NCBI GenBank assembly: GCA_963786955.1
Contig: CAWBAT010000007.1
Span: forward strand, 128,001-192,000
Direction of reading: 5' to 3'
DNA length: 64,000 bases
From: an uncultured Acidimicrobiia bacterium
Lineage (GTDB): Bacteria; Acidobacteriota; Terriglobia; Versatilivoradales; Versatilivoraceae
The position numbers were made by a program, and so were the translations under genes. Every line of letters begins with the position of its first letter. The stretch's first letter is position 1. This document shows, piece after piece, positions 39,072 to 50,176 of this stretch. Under the pieces are notes generated by a model that was not told the origin of the DNA, made no database searches, and saw nothing but the letters and a program-made list of their open reading frames with translations.

Positions 39072-39572
39072 CCGCCTCGTCCCGCGGGGTGATTCTAATT
39101 CAGTAAGAATTGGCAATTTCCAAAACCAGAAGGATTGATTCCTCTTTTCTCACCCTGCTCCCAACCCTGACAGTTCCCGATCCTCTTTCTTAACTCGAAT
39201 TCTTAATTGCCTACCGCCGCAGGAGGTCATTCGAATTGAAAGCGCTCATTGCGAGAAGAACCCGTCCCGGCGGTTTGTCATCGACCTGTCTATAAGAACC
39301 TGTCGGGGCTCAACTTGTTTCCCAACCTTTTATCTGAGGACAAGAATTCAACTCGCCTCAATACGAAATATTGTACTTCCAGTGAATCATGGAATATAAT
39401 CTCAGTTGGAAGTTTGTAAGTAGCTGATTCTTAAGACATAGCGACTTTTGTATTCACCGGGATCCTATGCTGAGAATGTTTCTTTTCTTAATGTTGTTCA
39501 ACTCAATGCTTTTAATTTGGACATGTGCCCGAAGGGGTAGCTCCTTTGGGTTTTTGAGATTTAGGAGAAACC

Positions 39573-41135
39573 ATGCACTCGGTTATTTATATTGCACTAA
39601 CCGTGGCGGTTGCTCTGGTGGTGGTACTGTCGGTCATGTTGGTGAGAAACAAACAGGCCGCACTGACCTTAAAAACAGCAGAACTATCCGCACAGAAGAT
39701 TGTTGGAGATTCGAAGCGCGAAGCAGAGAACATCAAGAAAGAAGCCTCACTAGAGGCCAAAGACAAGATCCTCAGTCTTAGAAGCGAGGTTGAAAGACAA
39801 AATAAGGACCGGAAGATAGAGCTTCAAAGTATTGAAAGGCGCCTGAATCAGAAGGAGGAATCTCTAGAGAAGAAAGAACAGGCCTCAACTCAAAGGGAAA
39901 GAGAACTCACCCAGCGGGAAAAACGCTCTTCTGAAAAGGAATATGCCCTGGCCCTTGACGAAAAAAAGGCCAAGGATCTGATTCAGGAACAGAAACGACA
40001 ACTGGAAGCAATTTCAAACCTCACCACCGAAGAAGCTCGCAAACAACTCTTCAAACAAATTGAAGTAGACTGCCGGAAGGATTGCATCGCTGTCATCAAG
40101 CGGGTAGAAGAAGATGCCCGTTTAACGGCTCTGGAAACCGCCAAAGAGATTATCACGATGAGTATCCAACGATGTGCCGGGGAGCATGTCGTTGAATCTG
40201 CAGTTTCGGTTGTCGATCTCCCAAATGATGAGATGAAGGGCCGCATTATCGGGCGTGAAGGAAGAAACATCAGGGCTTTGGAAGTTGCGACGGGGGTTGA
40301 TCTAATCATCGATGATACGCCCGAAGCCATCATTGTCTCTGCTTTTGATCCTATCCGTCGTGAAATCGCCAAAACGGCGATTGAAAGGCTCATTGCCGAT
40401 GGCCGAATTCATCCCGCTCGAATCGAAGAGGTCGTTGAAAAAGTTAAAGCCGAGTTGGATGGCAGGATCCAGAAAGAAGGTGAAGAGGCCGCTCTCGAGT
40501 TAGGAATCCATGATTTTCACGCTGAAATCATTCGGCTGCTGGGAAGACTGAAATACCGCACCAGTTACGGGCAAAACGTATTGAGTCATTCCAAGGAAGT
40601 GGCCTATTTGGCAGGGATGATGGCGGCTGAGATCAAGGGGAAGGCTGGTGTGTGCAAAAGGGCAGGCCTTTTGCACGACATTGGAAAGGCTTTTGACCGG
40701 GAAGTTGAAGGCACTCATATCCAGTTGGGGGTGGAAGTCGCCCGGCGATGTGGCGAATCAGAAGAAGTAATCCACTGCATGGAAGCTCACCACTTTGACG
40801 TTGATTTCAAAACAGTCGAGGCTCAGCTTGTACAGGCTGCGGACGCTCTGTCGGCCGCGCGCCCTGGCGCCCGGCGCGAGATACTTGAAACCTATGTCAA
40901 GCGACTCGAAAAATTAGAGAATCTTGCCGATTCTTTTGAGGGGGTTTCGAAGTGTTATGCCCTTCAAGCGGGACGGGAGATCCGGATCCTGGTGGAAAGT
41001 GACAAGGTCAGCGATGAGCAAGCTTTCTTCCTGACCCGTGACATTGCACGAAAGATTGAGAACGAGCTCCAGTACCCCGGACAAATCAAGGTTACGGTGA
41101 TACGCGAGACGCGCGTTGTGGATTACGCGCGATGA
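39573..41135 (+). CDS. rny: ribonuclease Y
   Basis: N-terminal TM, coiled coil, KH domain (KGRIIGREGRNI), HD domain (LLHDIGK). Confidence 0.97.
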   Translation: MHSVIYIALTVAVALVVVLSVMLVRNKQAALTLKTAELSAQKIVGDSKREAENIKKEASLEAKDKILSLRSEVERQNKDRKIELQSIERRLNQKEESLEKKEQASTQRERELTQREKRSSEKEYALALDEKKAKDLIQEQKRQLEAISNLTTEEARKQLFKQIEVDCRKDCIAVIKRVEEDARLTALETAKEIITMSIQRCAGEHVVESAVSVVDLPNDEMKGRIIGREGRNIRALEVATGVDLIIDDTPEAIIVSAFDPIRREIAKTAIERLIADGRIHPARIEEVVEKVKAELDGRIQKEGEEAALELGIHDFHAEIIRLLGRLKYRTSYGQNVLSHSKEVAYLAGMMAAEIKGKAGVCKRAGLLHDIGKAFDREVEGTHIQLGVEVARRCGESEEVIHCMEAHHFDVDFKTVEAQLVQAADALSAARPGARREILETYVKRLEKLENLADSFEGVSKCYALQAGREIRILVESDKVSDEQAFFLTRDIARKIENELQYPGQIKVTVIRETRVVDYAR

Positions 41136-41917
41136 GAATTTTCTTTGTTGGCGACATTGTTGGAAAGCCAGGGCGAGAGGCTCTGGAACACAATCTTCCT
41201 CACATTCTCCAAAGTCGTGGCATCGATCTCTGTATTGCGAATGCTGAAAATGCGGCTGCTGGAAACGGAATTACGCCGCGGCTCGGGGAGGAGTTCTTAA
41301 GCCTGGGGATCGATGTTCTGACTTCCGGCAATCATGTTTGGGACAAAAAGGAAGTCCTGCCTTATTTTGATCAACAGCCCCGCCTCCTGCGTCCTGCCAA
41401 TTATCCCCCTACGGCCCCGGGGAAAGGACTCTATAAGGGAACTGCGCGAAACGGGCAGCCCTTTGCTGTCTTGAATCTCCAGGGAAGAGTTTTCATGCCT
41501 TCCATTGACTGCCCCTTTCGAATCGGCGATGAACTCCTTGCGCAACTCAGTGATTCCGTTAAGGTCATCTTCATTGATTTCCATGCGGAGGCAACCGCGG
41601 AAAAACAAGCCGTGGGATGGTATTTTGACGGCAGAGTATCTGCCCTTGTCGGCACGCATACCCATGTGGCGACAGCCGATGAGCAGGTACTCCCTAAAGG
41701 GACGGCATATATTTCCGATGCGGGCATGACGGGTCCCCACAATTCCGTCATTGGAGTGAAGAAAGAAATCATTATACCCAAGTTTATCAATCAACTTCCG
41801 GCGCGGTTCGAAATAGCAACTGAAGATGTCCAAATCAATGGTGTCGAGATTGAAGTCGATGACACGACTGGCCGCGCTTTGAGCATTCAACGTTTCGCCC
41901 GAAAAGTCCAATTGTGA
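41132..41917 (+). CDS. ymdB: TIGR00282/YmdB metallophosphoesterase
   Basis: GDIVGKPG, TSGNHVWD, DFHAEATAEK, GTHTHV. Confidence 0.95.
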   Translation: MRIFFVGDIVGKPGREALEHNLPHILQSRGIDLCIANAENAAAGNGITPRLGEEFLSLGIDVLTSGNHVWDKKEVLPYFDQQPRLLRPANYPPTAPGKGLYKGTARNGQPFAVLNLQGRVFMPSIDCPFRIGDELLAQLSDSVKVIFIDFHAEATAEKQAVGWYFDGRVSALVGTHTHVATADEQVLPKGTAYISDAGMTGPHNSVIGVKKEIIIPKFINQLPARFEIATEDVQINGVEIEVDDTTGRALSIQRFARKVQL

Positions 41918-41926
41918 GGCCTCTTC

Positions 41927-43258
41927 ATGTTTGATCAATTGTCGCAGAAACTCCAGAAGGTCTTTAAGAATCTCCGTGGTGAAGGGAAACTTTCTGCCCA
42001 GCATATTGATGAAGCGCTCAAAGAAATCCGAATGGCGCTGCTCGAGGCCGACGTCCATTTCAAAGTCGTCAAACAGTTTGTCGAGTCCATCAAGGAAAAG
42101 TCCCATGGTCAGGAGGTTATGGACAGCCTGACACCGGGACAGCAGGTCGTCAAAATTGTTCATGATGAATTGGTCGAAATGTTAGGGGGCGCCTCTTCAA
42201 AACTGAATTTTGGCGCACGTCCTCCCAGCGTCTTTATGATGGTGGGTCTCCAGGGATCCGGCAAAACCACGACGGCTGGAAAACTCGCCCTTTGGTTGAA
42301 CCGTCACGGGCACCGGACCCTGCTTCTGTCCATCGACGTCTATCGTCCGGCAGCACGTGAGCAGTTGTCGGTCATTGCCAAGGATATCGGTGCTCATTGT
42401 TTCGCGGGGACTGGGGTGGACGATCCGAGCCAGCTCTGTCGTGATGCTCTCCGGGAGGCGGGGAATTCCGGCTGCGATATCCTGCTTATCGATACGGCCG
42501 GGCGATTACATATCGACCAGCAGTTGATGGAAGAACTGCAAGTGGTCAAGCAGTTAGTCAATCCAGCGGAAATTCTGTTTGTTGCGGATGCGATGACCGG
42601 GCAAGATGCTGTCAAGAGTGCCAAGGAGTTTCATGATCAGCTTGCCTTGACGGGAGTCATCCTCACGAAAATGGATGGCGACGCCCGTGGTGGCGCCGCG
42701 CTCTCCATTAAATCGGTGACGGGTCAGCCCATCAAATTCGTCGGCGTCGGAGAGAAATCAGATGCCTTAGAGCAATTCCATCCCGATCGGATGGCATCCC
42801 GGATTCTGGGGATGGGCGATGTCCTCTCTTTAATTGAGAAGGCTCAGCAATCGATTGATCAGGAAAAAGCCGAAGAACTGGGTGAAAAGCTGCTGAAGGA
42901 TTCGTTTACGCTCGCAGATTTTGGCGACCAATTGCGGCAAATGAGAAAATTAGGTCCCCTGGACCAACTGATCGGGATGCTGCCGCAGATCGGACCGTTT
43001 AAAGATATGAATAAGGTCAAAGTCGATGAACGGGAATTAATCCATATCGAAGCGATCATCAATTCGATGACCCCTTATGAGAGAGCCCATCATCAAGCCA
43101 TCAATGGCAGCCGACGAAAACGGATTGCGCGCGGGAGCGGGACTTCTGTTCAGAAAGTGAATCAGCTGTTGAAGCAGTATGTCCAAACCCGAAAAATGAT
43201 GAAGCAGATGAGCGGAGGAATGATGGCTAAGTTATCAAGAATGAAAATGCCATTTTGA
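41927..43258 (+). CDS. ffh: signal recognition particle protein
   Basis: GLQGSGKTT, DTAGR, TKMDGDARGG, M domain. Confidence 0.98.
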   Translation: MFDQLSQKLQKVFKNLRGEGKLSAQHIDEALKEIRMALLEADVHFKVVKQFVESIKEKSHGQEVMDSLTPGQQVVKIVHDELVEMLGGASSKLNFGARPPSVFMMVGLQGSGKTTTAGKLALWLNRHGHRTLLLSIDVYRPAAREQLSVIAKDIGAHCFAGTGVDDPSQLCRDALREAGNSGCDILLIDTAGRLHIDQQLMEELQVVKQLVNPAEILFVADAMTGQDAVKSAKEFHDQLALTGVILTKMDGDARGGAALSIKSVTGQPIKFVGVGEKSDALEQFHPDRMASRILGMGDVLSLIEKAQQSIDQEKAEELGEKLLKDSFTLADFGDQLRQMRKLGPLDQLIGMLPQIGPFKDMNKVKVDERELIHIEAIINSMTPYERAHHQAINGSRRKRIARGSGTSVQKVNQLLKQYVQTRKMMKQMSGGMMAKLSRMKMPF

Positions 43259-43406
43259 CCTTATGATGTTTGTGGAGACAGTCGCCACTTTTATTATAGC
43301 TTCCGCTCCGGGCGCTTTCTTGAATCTAATGCTGTCCAAACCTGGCTATCCCCTCATTCTCTTCCGCCGAATTTACCGCGAAGAGGGTGTGCTTGGCCAA
43401 TCTGGA

Positions 43407-44432
43407 TCAGGTTTCAAGAACGAGTTCTCTTACCTTCAGCAACGGTCCATCCGCAATGTCATTGGGGACCGAGCACCCGGGCGCCAGGATAAGGCGGCGC
43501 TTCTGCATCGCCTCTACCGCTTCCTGAATTTCGCCCTTGAGTTCGACGTCGGTTAGCTTCGCCATATTGGTTTCGTCCAGGCCACCCATCAAAGTTCCAG
43601 AAAACTTCTTCTTCATTTCATTAAGACTCATTCCCGTCCCATAAACAGAGTAGTTGATCGCCTGAATCGGGTAACTCAGGAGGGTGTCGAAATGAGGACT
43701 GTTCCCGTGAATATGCAGAATATTAAGGTAGCCTTTATCCTTGACCGCATCCAGAATCATCAAATCGGATTCTCGGACGAATTTCAAATACTCCTGCGTA
43801 TCCATAACCGAGTGATCCGCAGCCGCCACTGCCAAAAAAATTCCGGCGGCTCCAGCATCAAGGGCAAGTCTTGCATGGTTGCCTTGAGACTCGGAAATGG
43901 CGCGCAAGACTTTTTTGAGCGTAGAAGGATCCTCCCGTTTCAGCTGTTCCACTGCTTTTTTTGACGACAGCTTTTCCAGGACTGTCCATGATTGGAAAAT
44001 TGTTTCCACGAATGGGGCTTTCCCTTTGAGTTCCTTGTCGATTATTTTGAGAGCTTTGATTTGCTCCGGGAAGGGATTCTTAATAGGCTCAATTTTTTTC
44101 CAATCAGAAAACTCGGTGATGGCGCCCATATTCTCTGGAAGGGGAAAAGAATAGTCACTCATCACCTTCAATAGATCGACGTCGAATTTTCGATAAAAAT
44201 CAAGGGTCGCTTCTGCTTGCTTTTCCCCTGGCAACTTTTCTAAACCAAAATGATGCCAAAAAGTAAAAGGCGGGCGATCTACACGCTCGGCCCGCAACAC
44301 AGCTTTGATGCGCTCTATTTTGGTCATCTGTGACTTAGAGTTGCCCAAAATTGTCCCCCTGTTCATCACTACTGAAGCGAATAGGCCACCCGCAGCCATG
44401 AAATGTCGCCGTGAGATTTTGCTTGAAGGCAT
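43407..44432 (-). CDS. uroporphyrinogen decarboxylase family protein with Tat-like signal
   Basis: SRRHF signal; DRPP..FWHHF, ILHIHG, ILAPGCSV. Confidence 0.8.
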   Translation of the reverse strand: MPSSKISRRHFMAAGGLFASVVMNRGTILGNSKSQMTKIERIKAVLRAERVDRPPFTFWHHFGLEKLPGEKQAEATLDFYRKFDVDLLKVMSDYSFPLPENMGAITEFSDWKKIEPIKNPFPEQIKALKIIDKELKGKAPFVETIFQSWTVLEKLSSKKAVEQLKREDPSTLKKVLRAISESQGNHARLALDAGAAGIFLAVAAADHSVMDTQEYLKFVRESDLMILDAVKDKGYLNILHIHGNSPHFDTLLSYPIQAINYSVYGTGMSLNEMKKKFSGTLMGGLDETNMAKLTDVELKGEIQEAVEAMQKRRLILAPGCSVPNDIADGPLLKVRELVLET

Positions 44433-44745
44433 CGAAAACTCATCCTTTCATTAAGCCAGATTACTTCTTGTGTCGTCGCAATGAAGAACTGCCGTCGCAA
44501 TCTACGAGCGCCTACCGCGGTTATAGCATCCTGCCAGGACCGAAGACAGACTTCCCCGCTTTTGCAACAGTTTCGAAATGTTACCATTTCTGGGTCTAAG
44601 GAGAAAGCTTGGGATCGAATATAATCCTGATTGATGTGGGGAACTAGAATATGGAGGGGGCGCCCTGCACTGAATTTTCAGGACTTTCCATGACGCTTTC
44701 TGAATGATGATCGTTGGGGAGCCAGCTTCTTGAAAGTTGAGGTTC

Positions 44746-46116
44746 TTAAAGATTATCCGCCTCTAGGATAAATTCTTCCTCAATGTCGCTTGCCCAATCC
44801 GCTCCAAGACTTGCTTCCGTGACGCCTAAAGCCATGATTGCGTCAGGCTTTTGGACTCCTTTGTCGAAATGGCCATTCTCAAACGATTTGATTACTCGTT
44901 CTTTCAACCCATTTAGGTCTGAGTCCGGATTCGTGGAGGCCTCATTCATGAGATTTAACAGGTCCAGGTAATAATCCGCATGTCCGTAAACCACGAGTTT
45001 GTTAAGGCTCTCTCTTGCTTCCCGCACATTCCCATCCTGAAGCTGCAGAGTGACGAGCCTTTTCAAGTGCTCTTCGAGATTCCGCTTATCGTTCATTCGG
45101 ATCATGATAGTTGTGAGGGTTTTCCAGATTCTAATATTTTCTCTATCCAACCTCGCCAGATTGTCGAGAATTTCTCGCATGTTGTCTTCATCCTGCATCT
45201 GAATCGAGATATCAATGATGCTTTCCATCAAGTCCAGTGCAGAATCAAGTTTCCCTTCACTAATCAACAGCTTGAGTAATTTTACTGCAGGTACATAAAG
45301 CGCAGTGTTCTCCCGGACGCTTTCTTTAAGGATCTTCAGGGCCGACTCAAGATCCCCTGCCGTGATGAGCAATTCACACATCGTCAATTTGAAGTCCGAA
45401 TCCTCAACCATTGTCAAGGATTGCAGGTATTCAATGGCCCGAGTCGTCATCCCGACTTTCTCCAATAATCGGAATAAGGCCTTTATGATCTCTTTGTTTT
45501 TGGGGCGAATGCGAAGGATATTCTCGGTAACGGTAATCGCCTCGGCGGTTTTGTTTTGATCTGCGAGGAGATTGGCACTCTGGAGGTAACATCGTATAGC
45601 CTCTTCAGCTTTTCCCTGTAATTCCAGATGTTGTGCCAATTTTAGAAAACCTTGGGAACACTCGGGTTCCAGATTACAAGCCTTTTGAAATAAGGATGAA
45701 GCTTCGTTATGTTCCCCAAGGTCCATCTTTTGTTGTGCCAGGATTTGGTAGAAATTCTTTGCATTAGTCTTTTGTCCTTGCCGTTCGAAAATAAGAGCTA
45801 ACTGCATAATCGCCTCTTGATTCTTGGGGGCAAGCTTTAAGATCTTCTTGTAAGTGGCCACCGCATTTGAGAACAGTTCACGAGCGAAAAAGGATTCTGC
45901 AAGCTGGGCGTACCAGAACATTGCATTCTCTTTGTCATCCAAACGGACATAGAGGTCGCCAATGTTGTTTAGAATCGTTGTATCTTCCGGCTCCAATTCA
46001 TGGATTTTTAGATATTGCTCAAGGGCAAGCGTCAGCTTTCCCAGCCTGACATATTTCCCGGCCTGTTGCAGATATTTACTCGTTTTCGCATCCATATGCC
46101 CTCTCCCTTTCCTCAT
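44746..46116 (-). CDS. tetratricopeptide repeat protein
   Basis: repeated A...Y.KIL.L.P, N.IGDLY TPR motifs. Confidence 0.85.
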   Translation of the reverse strand: MRKGRGHMDAKTSKYLQQAGKYVRLGKLTLALEQYLKIHELEPEDTTILNNIGDLYVRLDDKENAMFWYAQLAESFFARELFSNAVATYKKILKLAPKNQEAIMQLALIFERQGQKTNAKNFYQILAQQKMDLGEHNEASSLFQKACNLEPECSQGFLKLAQHLELQGKAEEAIRCYLQSANLLADQNKTAEAITVTENILRIRPKNKEIIKALFRLLEKVGMTTRAIEYLQSLTMVEDSDFKLTMCELLITAGDLESALKILKESVRENTALYVPAVKLLKLLISEGKLDSALDLMESIIDISIQMQDEDNMREILDNLARLDRENIRIWKTLTTIMIRMNDKRNLEEHLKRLVTLQLQDGNVREARESLNKLVVYGHADYYLDLLNLMNEASTNPDSDLNGLKERVIKSFENGHFDKGVQKPDAIMALGVTEASLGADWASDIEEEFILEADNL

Positions 46117-46387
46117 GAACTGCTCAATTTCTAAGTTCCTTTATACGCCACTACACCAATATACAATACACGTACCGTTCCAAAGGTCGGATCTGAATCA
46201 AGCCATTTATAATCAATAGGATAGAAGTAATGTGAAAACGAGAGGACCCGGCTCCACCGGAATAACTGCCTTATTTTCGGTCATTTTTCCCGACCCCGCC
46301 GAGTTTCGAATCCGAATTGCGTTTCCGAAACCAATGACTTAGGATTTGCTGAGTTTACAATTGGGCAGGATGTCGAACAGGTTTCTT

Positions 46388-47377
46388 ATGAACACCAGAT
46401 TGGCCATCGTCGGCTTTGAACATATGCATGCCTCTCATTATCTTAGCTGCCTCCAATCCATGCCTGATTTGAGTGTCGTGGCCATTGTAGAGGCCGACGC
46501 GAGGAAGGTAGCGGAATATTCAGAACAGATCGGCATGGTACCCTGCATGGCGGATTACAGAGAACTTATTCGATCCAGTTCTGTAGACGGGGTCATTCTC
46601 TGTTCGGCCAACAGCAGACATAAGCAGATGGTGATTGATATTGCCCGCGCCGGAACCCCTATACTTTGTGAGAAACCCTTGGCGACGAAGAAGGCTGAAG
46701 CCAGAGAGATGCTAGCCATCGTCGAAGCTCATGGGGCTAACTTGGGTATTTGTTTCCCTTGTCGGTTCAGTGAATCGCTCCAGCAGGCAAAGCATTGGAT
46801 TGAGAATGGGGTGCTGGGTGAAATTATCGCAGTCAATGCCACCAACCACGGCACGATGCCAGGAGGCTGGTTTGCGGACCCGGCGTTATCCGGAGGCGGA
46901 GCCATCATGGACCATACGGTCCATGTTGTGGATGCACTGCGCTGGTTGTTTGACCGAGAATTCGTCCGAGTGTATGCACAAGCATCAACACGTCTGCACT
47001 CTTTGTCCGTGGAGGATGTGGCGGTTCTAAGTCTAGAAATGAGTAATGGATTATTTGTGACATTGGATTCCAGTTGGTCTCGGCCCAGTCTCTCATTCCC
47101 GATCTGGGGAGACGTTAAGCTGGCTGTGGTTGGCACAAGCGGAATCTTGAACCTGGATCTGTTCCCATGGACCCTGAGCCATTATTCAGAGCAGGCAGCC
47201 AAACAGGTGGCCATTTCCCATGATGGAGATCTCATTCGGCGGATGCTCGAAAACTTCGTCCATTGTATTCAAAATGGGCAGCCGATCTCGCCGAACGGTG
47301 TTGATGGATTAAGGGCCTTGGAAGTCGTCGAGGCAGCCTACGGTTCGGTTGCTACAGGAAAGGTTGTCATGCTTTAG
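46388..47377 (+). CDS. Gfo/Idh/MocA family oxidoreductase
   Basis: CEKPLA, GGGAIMDHTVH. Confidence 0.92.
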   Translation: MNTRLAIVGFEHMHASHYLSCLQSMPDLSVVAIVEADARKVAEYSEQIGMVPCMADYRELIRSSSVDGVILCSANSRHKQMVIDIARAGTPILCEKPLATKKAEAREMLAIVEAHGANLGICFPCRFSESLQQAKHWIENGVLGEIIAVNATNHGTMPGGWFADPALSGGGAIMDHTVHVVDALRWLFDREFVRVYAQASTRLHSLSVEDVAVLSLEMSNGLFVTLDSSWSRPSLSFPIWGDVKLAVVGTSGILNLDLFPWTLSHYSEQAAKQVAISHDGDLIRRMLENFVHCIQNGQPISPNGVDGLRALEVVEAAYGSVATGKVVML

Positions 47378-47464
47378 TCCTGACTCGGAATGGCATGGCT
47401 TGGTGGGAAGAGTAAGCTCTTAGATTTGATTTCAGGAGATCACGGAGTGAGATGAGAAACAACA

Positions 47465-48511
47465 ATGAGTGAGTTCATGGACCGATCCGCTGCGCTTGCG
47501 GTTGTGCACAAACCTTTGGATGTGGCCATTCTTGGAGCCGGAAATATGGGCTTAAAGATGGTGCGAGCTTTGCAGAGAATTCCCGGTGTCAGGATCCGGT
47601 TCGTCTATAGCCGTACATTTTCCAACGCCGAGAAGTTAGCGCTCGCCTGCGATGCGGTTCCATTGGATCAACCGGATCCGGTATATGACGAATCTTCAGT
47701 CTCCGTTGTTTTTGACTGTCTCCCTACCTTTACTCGGTTGAGTACGTTGCAAAAATGCGTGGCCGCACAAAAGCACGTTTTTTGCGAGAAGCCTCTCGCG
47801 CTGAACAAGCAGATGGCCGATGGGATCCGCCACTGTCTCTCTGGGTACAAACAGGTCGTCACCGTTGGGCTGGTCCTCCGGTTCTTTTGGGAGTACGCAA
47901 AACTGAGACAAATGGTGATGGCTGGAGACGTCGGCCAGGTGGGGACCATTCGCCTTTCACGTTGTGTGGGATTCCCGGGGCCTGGATCTTGGTTTGCAGT
48001 ACCAGAAAAAAGTGGAGGCGTCATTTTGGATCTACTCATTCATGACCTGGACTTCCTGCGTTGGACGTTTGGAGAGGCGAAAACCGTCTACGCGAAATCG
48101 GCTTCAGAAAAACATCTTAATGGACTGGACTATGCCCTCTTGAGCATTCAGTTAGAGTCTCATGCGATTGCACATCTTGAAGGGAGTTGGGCGCATCCGG
48201 TCGGAAGTTTTCATCAGAGCGTGGAGATTTGCGGTAGCCGGGGCATGCTTGTTTACGACAACCTTGCTTCCAGCCGCTTTCATTGGATGTCCACAACAAA
48301 TAGTCGAGACGAAATGGGTTCTCGGATTTCTCTTCTGCAAGTTGACCCTGACAACGATCCCTACTTAGCGGAAACTCAGGACTTTATTCACTGCGTCAGG
48401 CACGGAAAAAAACCTGCAGTTTCCTGGGAGGATGCGCTGCGTTCCTGCGAGCTGGCTTTTTGCGCGGTTGAATCGGCACGGTCAGGGCAACCGGTCACTA
48501 TGACCAAGTGA
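47465..48511 (+). CDS. Gfo/Idh/MocA family oxidoreductase
   Basis: GAGNMG, CEKPLA, SGGVILDLLIHD. Confidence 0.92.
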   Translation: MSEFMDRSAALAVVHKPLDVAILGAGNMGLKMVRALQRIPGVRIRFVYSRTFSNAEKLALACDAVPLDQPDPVYDESSVSVVFDCLPTFTRLSTLQKCVAAQKHVFCEKPLALNKQMADGIRHCLSGYKQVVTVGLVLRFFWEYAKLRQMVMAGDVGQVGTIRLSRCVGFPGPGSWFAVPEKSGGVILDLLIHDLDFLRWTFGEAKTVYAKSASEKHLNGLDYALLSIQLESHAIAHLEGSWAHPVGSFHQSVEICGSRGMLVYDNLASSRFHWMSTTNSRDEMGSRISLLQVDPDNDPYLAETQDFIHCVRHGKKPAVSWEDALRSCELAFCAVESARSGQPVTMTK

Positions 48512-48673
48512 TAATCGAATGTAATACGTAAGATATCGGGGAATGCCTGGTAGGGCGCGCTCGCTGAGCGCGCCGCGGACGGCCCGGCGGTCCGTCCCTT
48601 CCAAGTCAGCCGAGGCTCGAGCTGTGGTCGCCATTGCCCCCAAATAACTAACCCGTTACGATCGAATCTCAAA

Positions 48674-48702
48674 TTGACTTCAGTCAGTGTCTTGCATAGC
48701 AT
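48674..48702 (+). promoter_or_regulatory. candidate sigma70 promoter
   Basis: TTGACT-17-TAGCAT upstream of 48735. Confidence 0.5.
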
Positions 48703-48734
48703 GACGCTATCTCTTAAAACCAAAAGGAAACTCT

Positions 48735-50093
48735 ATGGACAGAAGGCAAGCACTACGTTGGATCTCATCCAGTGCATTGGCAGGAGGCACGAGTTTGCTT
48801 CCCCTGGACAATTCGCTGCAGCCACTGTGGGCGCAAAGTAAGCCAGGCGTCACTCGAGGTTTACCCCCCGTCAAGATCCGAGATATCGAAACGATCCTGA
48901 CTTATCCCAATGGTGTCCGCCTTGTCATTGTGAAAGTGTTGACTACCGAGCCTGGCTTGCACGGATATGGATGCGCAACCTTCACCCAGAGACCCCTCGT
49001 CGTGCAAACGGCGGTGGAGAAGTACCTCAAACCCTTCCTGTTGGGAAGAAACGTCGATGAGATCGAAGATATCTGGCAGTCCTCCTATGTCAGTTCCTAT
49101 TGGCGCAATGGCCCGGTCCTCTTTAACGCAATGAGCGGGGTGGATATGGCGCTATGGGATATCAAAGGGAAGAGAGCCAATATGCCAGTCTATCAGCTGC
49201 TCGGCGGCAAATGCCGCTTTGCGGCAGAATGTTATTTCCATGCCTCGGGGCGAGACTTTCAAGAAGTTGAGACGAGCGCACGGCAAGCCATGGAGTCAGG
49301 ATTCCGACATATTCGGATCCAAGTGGATGTTCCTGGTCAGAGGACCTATGGAATCGGCGGCACGGACATGGATGATAAAGATATTGGACCCACCAATCCG
49401 CGAGCGGTTTGGGAGAACACTTCCTATCTTCTTCTGGTCCCTAAGCTTTTTGAGTATATGCGCGCGAAATTGGGGGACCAGGTTGAGTTGATTCACGATA
49501 TTCATGAGCGTCTATCACCCAGCGAGGCTGTAAACCTATGCAAAGAATTGGAAAAATATCGCCCTTTTTTTATCGAAGACCCGGTGCCCCCTGAAGAGAG
49601 CGATCATTTTCGCTTGATTCGTCAACAATGCAGTACGCCCCTTGCGATGGGAGAGCTCTTCAATAACTTGCATGAATATCTGCCGCTGATTTCGAATCGT
49701 TACATTGATTTTATTCGCATTCATATCTCGCAGATCGGCGGCCTCAGCATGGCTCGCAAAGTTGCGGCACTGAGTGAATTGTTCGGTGTCAAAACGGCGT
49801 GGCATGGCCCAGGAGACGCCTCTCCGGTGGCGCACGCAGCTCAGTTGGCTCTTGAATTGGCCAGTTACAATTTCGGGATTCATGAAGGCTATCTCTTTCC
49901 GGCGGAGACGCGAGAAGTGTTCAAAGGCTGTCCGGAAATCAAGAATGGATATATGTATGCAAACGAGGCCCCCGGTTTGGGAATTGAAGTGGACGAAAAA
50001 CTGGCCGCAAAGTTTCCCTATCCTACCGATCGTACTTTTGACCCTATATGGGGCACCATCAGAAAGAAGGATGGCACCGTCATACGCCCATAG
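48735..50093 (+). CDS. mandelate racemase/enolase superfamily dehydratase (RspA/ManD-like) with Tat signal
   Basis: DRRQAL signal; YWRNGP, DMALWDIKG, HDIHER, EDP, GELF, WHGP. Confidence 0.9.
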   Translation: MDRRQALRWISSSALAGGTSLLPLDNSLQPLWAQSKPGVTRGLPPVKIRDIETILTYPNGVRLVIVKVLTTEPGLHGYGCATFTQRPLVVQTAVEKYLKPFLLGRNVDEIEDIWQSSYVSSYWRNGPVLFNAMSGVDMALWDIKGKRANMPVYQLLGGKCRFAAECYFHASGRDFQEVETSARQAMESGFRHIRIQVDVPGQRTYGIGGTDMDDKDIGPTNPRAVWENTSYLLLVPKLFEYMRAKLGDQVELIHDIHERLSPSEAVNLCKELEKYRPFFIEDPVPPEESDHFRLIRQQCSTPLAMGELFNNLHEYLPLISNRYIDFIRIHISQIGGLSMARKVAALSELFGVKTAWHGPGDASPVAHAAQLALELASYNFGIHEGYLFPAETREVFKGCPEIKNGYMYANEAPGLGIEVDEKLAAKFPYPTDRTFDPIWGTIRKKDGTVIRP

Positions 50094-50176
50094 GACTCCA
50101 TCCCAATCAGAAGGCTTGAAATGAACCCTTTCTGGAATCTGCGAGTCAAGAAGTTCAGTCGAAACGGAGATAGAGC

